The position numbers and the translations under genes were made by a program. Positions 1 through 9,429 of a stretch of DNA of 64,000 nt are shown in pieces (the first letter of the stretch is position 1; the number at the start of each line of letters is the position of its first letter). The notes beneath the pieces were generated by a model. The model ran no database searches. It saw only the letters and a program-made list of their open reading frames with translations, and was not told where the DNA came from. Source of the stretch: Dehalococcoidia bacterium (GTDB lineage Bacteria; Chloroflexota; Dehalococcoidia; GIF9; UBA5629); NCBI GenBank assembly GCA_041653995.1, contig JBAZEK010000001.1, positions 1,184,747 through 1,248,746 on the forward strand, in the 5' to 3' direction.

Positions 1-3000
1 CTTTCCTTTATCTTGAGGGCGTTCTTGACCGCCATCGAGCAGCAGATGCGGCTGCAGTAGGCCCTTTCCTCGTTGCGCGAGCCGGCGCACTGCACCATCA
101 CCACGTTCTTGCCCGCCCAGGTCGAATCATCCCGGCTCAAACGCTTCTCCAGCTCAAGCTGAGTGATCACCCTGCCGTCCTTCCCGTACAAATATTCCCG
201 GGCCGCGGCCGGCTCGGCGCCGGTGGCCACGATGATGGCGCCGCAGGAGACCTTGATGTCTTTGGCATCCTGGAAAATGGTCGCTTCGAACTGCCCAATA
301 AAGCCGGATACGCCGGTCACGTCGGCGTTCAGATGCATGACGATGTTGGGACTCTCCTCCACCTGCCTGACCAGGCCGGCGACAAATGGTTGAATGTCCT
401 CGTGCTCCAGCGTGTAATTCAAATCGAGCGCGTTGCCGCCCAGCCTGCCGGACTTCTCCACCAGGTGCACTTTGAAGCCCTGACCCGCCAGCGCCAGCGC
501 GGCGGTCATGCCGCTCACGCCGCCGCCCATTACCAGGCCCGTCTGGTCCACGGCAAAGGTGGTGCCGGTCAGCGGCGCCAGCAGCCTGGCCCGCGCCACC
601 GACATCTTCATAAGCTGTATGGCTTTATTTGTGGCCTGCTCCGGCTCGGCGGAGTGCACCCACGAGCACTGGTCCCTGATGTTGGCCAGCTCGAATAGAT
701 ACGGGTTGAGGCCGGCCTCCCTCAGCGTCTCGCGGAAAATGGGCTCGTGCGTGCGCGGCGTGCAGGACGCCACCACCACACGGTTGAGACGGTGCTTGTG
801 TATCATGTCATGTATGTTGTTGAGACTGGAATCGGCGCAGGTGTACATGGTGTGCGTGGCGAAGACCACGCCCGGCAATTGCGCTGCGGCCTGCGCTACC
901 TTCTCAACGTCCACCACCGAGGCGATGTTCTTGCCGCAGTGGCAGACGAACACGCCGATCCTGGGCTGCTCGTCGGTTACATCGTGCTCCTCCGGGTAGA
1001 CCGGTTTGCTGATCAATGAGTTGCGCGCCTCGGCCAGCAGCTCCATCGACAGCGAAGCCGCCGCGCTGGCCTGCGTCACGGTCTCGGGTATGTCCTTTGG
1101 CTCCTGGAAGGCCCCGGCCACGTACACACCGGGACGCGAGGTCTCAAGCGGCGATAGCCGGTCGGTGGAGCAGAACCCGTACTCGTTCAGATCGATGCCC
1201 AGGCGTAAGGCGGCCTCCCCGGCATCTTTGCCGGGCTGCATGCCCACCGAGAGCACGACCAGGTCGAACTCCTGCTCCTGCATTTCGCCATCGTCGGCAT
1301 AATATTGCAAACGCAGGTCGCCCGTGCCCGGAACCTGCAGGACGCGCGAAGGCATGCTCCTGATGTAATTTATATTTCCGCTGCTCCTGGCGCGCTCGTA
1401 ATACTGGTCGAAGTCCTTGCCGTGGGCGCGGATATCCATGTAGAAGATCGCGCACTGCAGCCCGGCCGCGTGGTCGGACGCCACCAGCGCCTGCTTGGTG
1501 GAGACCATGCAGCAGACCGAGGAGCAGTAGCCGCTGCCGCACTTCTCGTCGCGCGAACCCACGCACTGTATCCAGGCGATGCGATGCGCCTCTTTACCGT
1601 CGGAGCGCCGTACGACGCGACCCTCGAAGGGGCCGGAGGCCGACAGCATACGCTCGAACTGCACGCTGGTCAGGACGTTGGCATAGCGGCCGAAGCCGAA
1701 CTCGCCCTTCTTCTCCGCCGGAAACTCCTCGAAGCCCGGCGCCAGTATGACCGAGCCCACCTCCAGTTTGACCTCGCGCTGCCCCATGTAATGGTCTATG
1801 GCGTTCTGCTCGCAGGCGCCCACGCACTCACGGCACTCGGAGCACAATGCGCAGTTTAAACAGCGCTCGCTCTCGGCCAGCGCAGCATCTTCACTCAGTC
1901 CACCCTCGGTCTCATCAAAATTGCCGCTCCGCTGAGCGGCTGGCAAATATTCCGGCACGGCCCGCGCGACCTTCCGCTTCCCGGAGATATCCGGCAGCAG
2001 GTCCTCGGGCAGCGGTCTTACCGTATCCTCGAAACGGCCGCCGCGCAGATCCTGGCTCTTCAAATAGCGGTCGATGGACTCCGCGGCCTTCTTGCCCGCG
2101 CCCACCGCCTGTATGATGGAAGCGGGTCCCGACACACTGTCGCCGCCGGCGAATATACCCGCCGCCGAGGTCTCAAACGTCACGGGATCGATCTTGAAGC
2201 AGCCGCGCTCGATGTCCAGCCCGGCGGCGCCGATGAAGCCTTTGTCCAGCGCCTGCCCGATGGCGATGATGACATGGTCGGCCTGTATCGTCCTCAGCTC
2301 CTTTTCATCGTAGGCCGGGCAGAAGCGCCCCTCGTTATCAAATACGCTGGCGCAGCGTTTCAATTCGATGCCGGTTACTGATCCCTCACCAAGTATGCGG
2401 CGCGGTCCCCAGCCGTTGGTCACCGTGATGCCTTCCGCAAGCGTGTCGGCGACCTCCTCCGGCAGGGCCGGCATCTCGTCCCTCTGCTCCAGCGCTACCA
2501 TCTCCACGCTCTCCGCGCCCAGGCGCAACGCCGTGCGCGCCACATCCACGGCTACGTTGCCGCCGCCTATCACGACCGCCCTGCCGCTAACTTCAGGCGG
2601 ATTACTCACATCGGCCGCCCGCCTGAGAAACTCCACACCGTAATCTATGCCCGCCAGGTTCTCGCCTTCCAGGCCCAGCCTTCGGCTGACCTGCACGCCC
2701 ACGCCCACAAAGACCGCGTCATTGTCCTGCCTGATCTTGCCGAACTCGATTTCTTTGCCGATACGGCAACCGTATTTAAAGGCAACGCCTTTGCGGCGGA
2801 TAAGCTCCACTTCATAATCGAGAATATTCTTGGGCAGGCGGTACCCGGGTATGCCCCAGCGCAGCATGCCGCCCGCGGCGGAAGACGCCTCGTAAACGGT
2901 AACGGCATAACCTCGATCAGCCAGGTCGGCGGCTGCCGTCAATCCGGCCGGTCCGGCCCCGATCACGGCCACCTTCTTCGCGCCCGGCGGGGGCGTCTTC

Positions 3001-3747
3001 TCCTCGGGCAGGGCTATCTGCCCGGACTCCACCAGCTCCATCTCACGGTCGGAGGCGAACTTTTTAAGCAGTCGTATTGCGACCGGCTCGTCCAGGTTGC
3101 CGCGCGTGCAGACGGCCTCGCAGGGATGGTTGCAGGCGCGCCCGCAGATGGCGGAAAGCGGGTTCCGCTCCCGTATCAGGTTGACCGCCTTCACGTACTC
3201 CTTCTTCTTGATCAGCTGTATGTAGCCCTGCACATTGATATTGGCCGGGCAGGCTACCTTGCAGGGCGCGTGTCCGTTTTTCAGTATGCCGAAGATGTTG
3301 GGCGTGGCCTGGGCGTAATGCTTGGCGATGGCCTTGCGCGTGCCCATCTCGCGATCAAAGTGGTTGGGCACGTCGACCGGACAGACATCGGTGCACTGCT
3401 CGCAGGCTGTGCACTTAGACTCGTCGACGTAGCGGGGATAGCGCCTGACCGTGGCGGTGAAGCTGCCCGGCTCGCCCTGCAGGTCGGCCAGCTCAGACAG
3501 GGTCAGTATCTCCACGTTGGGGTTGCGCGCGCATTCCACCAGCTTGGGCGACACTATGCAGGTGGCGCAGTCGCCGGTGGGGAATGTCTTGTCCAGGTGC
3601 GACATCATGCCGCCGATGGCGGCCAACCGCTCCACCAGGTAGACCTTGAAGCCCGACCCGGCCAGGTCCAGCGCCGCCTGTATGCCGGCGATGCCTCCGC
3701 CCTGCACCAGCACCGCGCCCGTCTTTTTCTTTATATCTTCACCCATA
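1..3747 (-). CDS. hdrA: Giant HdrA-like FAD/Fe-S flavoprotein, 3'-partial (runs off the window start). It has two HdrA-type modules and an embedded GltD/NfnB-like NAD(P)H-binding domain.
   Basis: Manual minus-strand translation from ATG 3747: MGEDIKKKTGAVLVQGGGIAGIQAALDLAGSGFKV (HdrA FAD fingerprint). VAVIGAGPAGLTAAADLADRGYAVTVYEA (GltD-like Rossmann domain, verified at 2941-2973). WIQCVGSRDEKCGSGYCSSVCC (HdrA Cys cluster, verified near 1521-1570). A second VMGGGVSGMTAALALAGQGFKV and VMVQCAGSRNEERAYCSRICCS follow. The frame is continuous to position 1. The plus-strand ORFs here are antisense shadows. Confidence 0.8.
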
Positions 3748-3760
3748 TCACAGTTACCTT

Positions 3761-4633
3761 TTACGTTCCTTTTGAGCCCAGGGCCTGAAGCACCGCATCC
3801 GGCGGCGCCATCAACCTGTTCAATCCCAGCTCCCCGGGACCTATACCCAGGCATAACCCCAGTAATTGTGTTATGTAAACTATGGGCAGGCGGCCTTTTC
3901 CCGCACCGCCCTTCATCTCGTTCTGCCTGAGGTCGAGGCTGGCCTGGCACATGGGGCAGGCCACGGCGATGCAGTCGGCGCCTGAGGCCCTGCCCATATC
4001 TATAATAGAGTTCGACAGCCGCACCACCACATCGGTGCGCGTCAGGTTCAGTCCTCCCCCACAGCAGTCCACCTTGCAGGACCAGTCCACTCCTTCTCCA
4101 CCCATGGCCTCCACCAGACGATCGAGCGACGTCGGGTTCTCCGCGTCGTCGAAGCCGGTGATGTCGTGGGGACGCACCAGCAGGCACCCGTAGTAGCTGG
4201 CGACCTTCAGGCCGTTGAGCGAGCGAGCCAGCCTTTTCTTCAGATTCGGAATGCCGACATCCTCCAGCAGCACCTCGATCAAATGCCGTACGGCCACCGA
4301 CCCGTCGTAGGGTCTTCCCACAGCTGCGGCTACCTTGTTACGCATGTCCGGCGAGGACGACACCTCATGGTTGGCGGCTTTCATGCGGCTGTAACAGGCC
4401 GCGCAGGTCACCACCGTATCCAATCCCATCTCCTTCGCCAGCAGCAGGTTGGCGGCGGGCAGTGACGCGGCCAGCACGCGGTCGGTCTGGTGGGCGGCGG
4501 TCGCCCCGCAGCAGGACCAGCCGTCTATCTCGACCAGCTCGATGCCCAGCGCGCGCGCCACGGCCGTGGCCGATTCGTGCATGTCGCGCGCCGTGGAATG
4601 CGAGGAGCATCCCGGATAATATGCGTACTTCAT
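3761..4633 (-). CDS. hdrB: Heterodisulfide reductase subunit B (two CCG domains)
   Basis: N-terminal MKYAYYPGCS is typical of HdrB. Cys-rich CCG motifs (CCGG, CPMC). Located immediately upstream of the HdrA-like gene. Confidence 0.85.
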   Translation of the reverse strand: MKYAYYPGCSSHSTARDMHESATAVARALGIELVEIDGWSCCGATAAHQTDRVLAASLPAANLLLAKEMGLDTVVTCAACYSRMKAANHEVSSSPDMRNKVAAAVGRPYDGSVAVRHLIEVLLEDVGIPNLKKRLARSLNGLKVASYYGCLLVRPHDITGFDDAENPTSLDRLVEAMGGEGVDWSCKVDCCGGGLNLTRTDVVVRLSNSIIDMGRASGADCIAVACPMCQASLDLRQNEMKGGAGKGRLPIVYITQLLGLCLGIGPGELGLNRLMAPPDAVLQALGSKGT

Positions 4634-5139
4634 TTCGTCTTACTCTTTACCCCGGCGGTATTTTCGAAGATGCGCCGCACGGTTTTTTTATCGGCGCCCG
4701 AGGGAGGAAGAATAGCCATCTTGCCCTTTCCCAGCATAGCGGGGAATTTCTCCGCATCGTCCATGATCTTGCCGCTGCCCAGCTTGTATCCCATAATCAT
4801 GGACAGGTCGTAGGAGCGGCCGAAGATCTTCACATTCTGCAGGAACATGCGGTTGAAGAGAGGCATGTCTCCCTTCGGCGCCTTAATGCCTTTTGCGATG
4901 GAAAGGCTGCGCAGGGTGTCGATAACGGCGGGGAAGTTGATCTGCATGGGACAGCGGCCGTAGCAGGTCTCGCAGGACAGGCACATCCATACCAGCCCGC
5001 TTTGCAGCAGCTCGTCGCCGGCCCCCAAATGGAGGCGCCTGATAATCTCGGAGGGCGCCGATCCGGCCGGCCCCGCCACCGGACAGCCTGCAGAACACTT
5101 CCTGCACTGGTAGCAGGTGTCCAGTTTTACGCCGGACAT
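4630..5139 (-). CDS. hdrC: Heterodisulfide reductase subunit C (2x[4Fe-4S] ferredoxin). The ORF extends to 5199, but an internal ATG at 5139 has a better SD (AGGTGG-N5-ATG).
   Basis: CxxCxxCxxxCP motifs (CYQCRKCSAGCP, CLSCETCYGRCP). Located upstream of hdrB, with a 4-nt overlap. Confidence 0.8.
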   Translation of the reverse strand: MSGVKLDTCYQCRKCSAGCPVAGPAGSAPSEIIRRLHLGAGDELLQSGLVWMCLSCETCYGRCPMQINFPAVIDTLRSLSIAKGIKAPKGDMPLFNRMFLQNVKIFGRSYDLSMIMGYKLGSGKIMDDAEKFPAMLGKGKMAILPPSGADKKTVRRIFENTAGVKSKTK

Positions 5140-5221
5140 CTCTTCCACCTGCGGCCTGATTCCGGCTGTTCGTCTCTTTTTGCTTATCACAATCGTCATA
5201 TCAGTACACCATTACCCGTTA

Positions 5222-7879
5222 CTATTCTCCGGTCGACACGGTCAGCAGTTCCGTCTCGGTGAGCGCCGCAGAATCCGACTTCTTGCCCAGTGCGGCGACC
5301 CTGACCGGGGCCACCTTGCGGTAGACCTCCGAGGGTTTGAGCAGCCGGCCGTCCACCGTCAGCAGGTCTTCGACCCTGATGCCGAAAAGCCGCTCGTTCT
5401 CCTGCAGGTACGGCAGGATCAGCTGCCAGTCTTCGTCCGTCATGCGGTAGAACCCGCAGCCGTTCAACTGCTGCCAGACGACCTGCTGGCGCGGATCGCG
5501 GATATAGATGGCGCCGCCCGAGGCCAGCGAAAAGAGGTTGCTTCCGGGATACGGCTCTTTAAGCGCCTGCAGGCGTCCCTCATCGTCGAAGGCCACGCCG
5601 TTGAGTATGACGAAGCCGCCGCCGTTAAATACGTCACCGGCCATGAATGACTCCCCCAGGAAATCGAGGCAGGTGCCGTTGATGACGACCCTGGGCCTGC
5701 CCACCGAATTGATGAGGGGCCTGCCGGCGGCGTTGCCCATGACGTAGACCGATCCACCCTTGGCGCCGTACATGAAAGTCTGGCCCACGTCGCCGTGAAT
5801 GACCAGTACGCCGCTCTTGATGATCTGCCCCACCTGGTCCTGGGCATTGCCGTGCACGTTGATGGTCAGGCCGTCGATACCTGAGGCCAGGTAATCGCCG
5901 GAGCTGCCGTATACGTCGATGGTCGCATCGTCCGAGACGGGTCCCAGCCCGCAGCCGATGAAGCGCTGCCCGCTGCAGTTGTAGCTGATAAAGCGCCGCC
6001 ATCCTATGTTGTAGGCGTCCATTAACAGGCTGGCATCGCTTCCCAGTCCTTCCGCATCGAATCCCCGCGCGTTGATCACCAGGACGGCCTCGCCGTTGCG
6101 GGGTGGCCGCAGCAGGCCGTGCGTATTATGGTCGATCAGGCGATACCCGCCGTTCCCGTCCTTATCACCATCAAGCCCGGGAAGGCCGTCGAAGACCTGA
6201 CGCAGCGCACCGCGCACCAGATGGATGACATGGTTGCGCTTTTTGGCGCCGGCAGGATACCTGCGGTCGTTGAGCAGCGTGAGCACTTCAATGGTCGGCG
6301 CGGTGTACCTGCGGTCGGCGGCAATCTCGACAATTGCAGACAGCGCGGAACGCGTGTCGTCGAATGACCACTGCCCCATGCCGCCGGACAGGTGTGCGAA
6401 AACGGCCGCAGCGTCACCCTTCTCAAATAGCTGCGTCAGCCTGTCCCTGACATGGCCGTTGGATGACCTGACTGAAGCGGAGAAATCGCAGGATTCCGTT
6501 GCCGACGGCAGGGGCACAGGTGCGCCGAACTTGTCCGTGCAGGAGATGCGCAGGCGTCCGCCGCTGTCCGGCTTGAGGTCGAAAATGAAGGCGCCGCCGT
6601 CCGTATGGCTGCCGCCCCTGGCGTTCCAGTAGCGGTCGGCAACCGGGCAGATGCGGCTGTCATCCGCATGCAGGCTCTGCAGCGTGGCGTCGATGGCCTG
6701 CTTCTCGGAGGCTATCAAACCCACCTGCACATCGCCGTCGCAGAAGGCGAAGACCTGCGGCCGCAGCATGGCGGTGTCCGTGATGCCCATCAACTGAAAG
6801 GCCCGGCTCTCCGGCAGCGAGCGCGCGATGATGAAGAACCAGGGCCCGTCGGGCGAGCCGTGGATATGTGCGGTCTGGATGGCGCGGTATATAGATTGCC
6901 TGTCCTGCGGAAGCCGATCGAAATCAAGCTCGGAGGTGGGCGCCAGAGCCTCGATAATATATTCCAGCGGGTATCCGTAGGTCCGCTGCAGCAGGTCGAA
7001 CATCAAGATGGAAGCCTCGGTATCGGTGAGGAACTGCGGATGTATATGCCGCTCGGCCAGGTATTCGCACACCGAATGGTAGTTGGCGAAGTCGCCGTTA
7101 TGCACCAGGGCGGCATTGATACCGCCGAAGGGATGGGCGCCGCCGGGATGCCAGACACGGCCCTTGGTGGGGAAGCGCTGGTGCGCTATCCACACGTGGG
7201 CGCGCAGCTCCTCGATCTTATAGTACTTCACGATGGCCTCGGCATAGCCGACCACCTTGAGTATCATGATGTTCCTGCCCTCGGACATAACAAAAGCCTT
7301 CTGCTCGCCCAGCGACGCGTAATATTCCTGGTTGAGCCGCACGCTGTTCTGGTTGATAAACTCCGCCTCCGCCGCTTCCCGCGGCAGGCTATTAAGTTTG
7401 TTCTTCTCAATGAAGGCATCCAGCGCGTCCGCCCTGGCGCGCACAAAATAGCGGTAGACGTCGGGAGGCCTGGCCTCTAAGCCCTCGACCGCCGTCCAGT
7501 CGTCCACGGTATCAAGCCTCTGCCTCGCCCTGACCTCAAAATAAGGCGTGATGTATTTGCCTTCAAGCTCATTCAGTATCCCCGCATCGAGGAAGGCCAC
7601 GTGCAGCATATAGCAATCTTCCAGCACCTCGCGGCTGACCCCGAGTTGCTCGGGCACAAAGCCGAGCGCGGCGATGCCGCCGCCCTTGCCGTTGCCGCGG
7701 TTGTGCATCTGTCTGGACGGCTCGTAGATATGCCTGGCCGCCGCCGGATGCGAGCAGCAGAAGCCTACTACGCCGCAGCCACCCTCCTCCTCGATCTTCC
7801 TGTCGGGCGTGGCAGGTTGCAGCTCGCGCGCCAGCCCGGCGCGTGAGTCCAGCAGACGCTCGATCAACTCTCGTTTCAT
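5222..7879 (-). CDS. Glutamate synthase-like protein: a class-II glutamine amidotransferase domain fused to a GltS C-terminal GXGXG (beta-helix) domain
   Basis: Ntn-type GGCGVVGF catalytic Cys region lies about 35 aa from the annotated Met. C-terminal GXGXG-repeat region (GSSGDYLASG...GNAQDQVG...GDVGQTF...GNAAGRP) matches GltB domain 3. Confidence 0.75.
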   Translation of the reverse strand: MKRELIERLLDSRAGLARELQPATPDRKIEEEGGCGVVGFCCSHPAAARHIYEPSRQMHNRGNGKGGGIAALGFVPEQLGVSREVLEDCYMLHVAFLDAGILNELEGKYITPYFEVRARQRLDTVDDWTAVEGLEARPPDVYRYFVRARADALDAFIEKNKLNSLPREAAEAEFINQNSVRLNQEYYASLGEQKAFVMSEGRNIMILKVVGYAEAIVKYYKIEELRAHVWIAHQRFPTKGRVWHPGGAHPFGGINAALVHNGDFANYHSVCEYLAERHIHPQFLTDTEASILMFDLLQRTYGYPLEYIIEALAPTSELDFDRLPQDRQSIYRAIQTAHIHGSPDGPWFFIIARSLPESRAFQLMGITDTAMLRPQVFAFCDGDVQVGLIASEKQAIDATLQSLHADDSRICPVADRYWNARGGSHTDGGAFIFDLKPDSGGRLRISCTDKFGAPVPLPSATESCDFSASVRSSNGHVRDRLTQLFEKGDAAAVFAHLSGGMGQWSFDDTRSALSAIVEIAADRRYTAPTIEVLTLLNDRRYPAGAKKRNHVIHLVRGALRQVFDGLPGLDGDKDGNGGYRLIDHNTHGLLRPPRNGEAVLVINARGFDAEGLGSDASLLMDAYNIGWRRFISYNCSGQRFIGCGLGPVSDDATIDVYGSSGDYLASGIDGLTINVHGNAQDQVGQIIKSGVLVIHGDVGQTFMYGAKGGSVYVMGNAAGRPLINSVGRPRVVINGTCLDFLGESFMAGDVFNGGGFVILNGVAFDDEGRLQALKEPYPGSNLFSLASGGAIYIRDPRQQVVWQQLNGCGFYRMTDEDWQLILPYLQENERLFGIRVEDLLTVDGRLLKPSEVYRKVAPVRVAALGKKSDSAALTETELLTVSTGE

Positions 7880-9429
7880 CCGGTTTGCCCCGCATCGTTA
7901 CTGTAGTCGAGGTGCTCGAGCAGATCGGTGCGGCCCCTCAGCTCGCTGACGCTGCGCAGGCCCAGCCTGCGCAGTATGTCGACCAGCTCGATACGCCAGG
8001 CGTTGTAGAGGTTGATCACACGCTGCGAGCCCCATTCCACGTTGAACTGGCCCTGCAGGCCCGGGTCCGTGGTGGCTATGCCGCGCGGACAACCGCGCCC
8101 GCTCTCGCAGCGCGCGCAGCGGACGCAGCCCAGCGCGACCAGCTCCCCCGTCCCTACTACCACACCATCCGCGCCCAGGGCGATGGCCTTGGCGATATCG
8201 TGCGCGTTGCGCAAACCGCCGCTGGCCATCAGAGTTATTTTGTCACGCACGCCCTCACGTGTGAGGAAATCGTGGACCTTGACGATGGCATATTCGATAG
8301 GCATGGCGATATTCTTCTTGGCGATGTCGGGGGCGGCGCCGGTGCCCCCGTATCCGCCGTCCATATGAACGATATGCGCCCCGGCCGAATAGCTCCCCAC
8401 CGCAACCATGTCCACATCGGCGGGGGTGGACACCTTGGCCGAGACCAGCGCATGGCGATTGATATGTTTGATCCAGTCCATGTGTTTCTTATGGTCTTCG
8501 ATGGAATATACGCTGTGGAACGGAAAAGGCGAGAAGAGCGAGATGCCCGTCACCGTTTCGCGCATTTTTGCCACGGCGGGGGTGACCTTATCGGCCAGCA
8601 GGTGGCCGCCCAGACCCGGCTTGGCGCCCTGGGCATATTTGAACTCAACGATGCGCACGCGTTGAATCGTCTCCTCGCGCACGCCGAACAGCCCGGTGGC
8701 GACCTGTGTAATGGTGTGCTCGTCATAGGGCCTCAGCCTCTCCATGTAGCCGCCCTCGCCCGTGCAGGTGAAGGTATTGAAGGCCACGGCGGCCTGCGCC
8801 TTGGAAAGCTGTGTCACGTTGCTGACCGACCCGAAGGACATGCCGCCGCCGTACCAGGGAACATCGATCTTGATCTGCGGCCTCCCGTCTCCCCGCCTGT
8901 TCAGCTCAAGGCTGGTGTCGATCTGGTCCGGCGCTAGGTCGATCGGCGGCACGGCGGGGAATTTGAAGCGCAGGCGGTCGAACCCGCCGCCCGAGTCGCC
9001 GCACTCGTATTGATATCCGTACCCGGGAGCGGGAGGCGCGCCGGTCTCCGCCATCTTCCAGGTGGCAAGTATCAGGTCGGAGGTCCAGCGATGATCGCCC
9101 AGCACCTTCATCATGGGATTTTCCACCATCTTCAACGCGCCGTTGGGGCAGAGGTCCACGCAGTAATGTCCGGTGTCCTTGCACGAGGGCCCGATGCATA
9201 CGTTGTGTCGCGGGTTGGCGAAATACTTGTAGCCGCCCTTGAGCACGTGAACGCCCTGAGGGCACGCCTCGGCGCATTTGCCGCACAGTTTGCAGGCATC
9301 GCTGCGGCGAATAATATATTTGGCGATCTCGTTGCGATAACGCGGCGGCGCCGGCTTGATTACGCGCCGGACCTCGACCTGTGGCACCAGCGTCTCGATA
9401 GTGCTTTGCGGCAGGTCCTGTTCAGCCAT
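7876..9429 (-). CDS. Glutamate synthase FMN-binding (domain 2) protein with N-terminal ferredoxin-like Cys motifs
   Basis: GltS FMN-domain motifs: GGMSFGSVS, KYAQGAKPGLGGHL, ISLFSPFPFHSVYSIED, DGGYGGTGAAP, SGGLRNAHDIAKAIALGADGV, CVRCARCESGRGCP. The start was set to the in-frame ATG at 9429 (MAEQDL), which overlaps the upstream gene's stop. Confidence 0.8.
   Translation of the reverse strand: MAEQDLPQSTIETLVPQVEVRRVIKPAPPRYRNEIAKYIIRRSDACKLCGKCAEACPQGVHVLKGGYKYFANPRHNVCIGPSCKDTGHYCVDLCPNGALKMVENPMMKVLGDHRWTSDLILATWKMAETGAPPAPGYGYQYECGDSGGGFDRLRFKFPAVPPIDLAPDQIDTSLELNRRGDGRPQIKIDVPWYGGGMSFGSVSNVTQLSKAQAAVAFNTFTCTGEGGYMERLRPYDEHTITQVATGLFGVREETIQRVRIVEFKYAQGAKPGLGGHLLADKVTPAVAKMRETVTGISLFSPFPFHSVYSIEDHKKHMDWIKHINRHALVSAKVSTPADVDMVAVGSYSAGAHIVHMDGGYGGTGAAPDIAKKNIAMPIEYAIVKVHDFLTREGVRDKITLMASGGLRNAHDIAKAIALGADGVVVGTGELVALGCVRCARCESGRGCPRGIATTDPGLQGQFNVEWGSQRVINLYNAWRIELVDILRRLGLRSVSELRGRTDLLEHLDYSNDAGQTG

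Noticed and set aside
163-3930. Numerous plus-strand ORFs of 60-220 aa (for example 1305-1859 and 3126-3788) in the first 3.9 kb
   Set aside because: They are antisense shadows in high-GC DNA. The minus strand encodes one continuous HdrA-like reading frame with verified family motifs.
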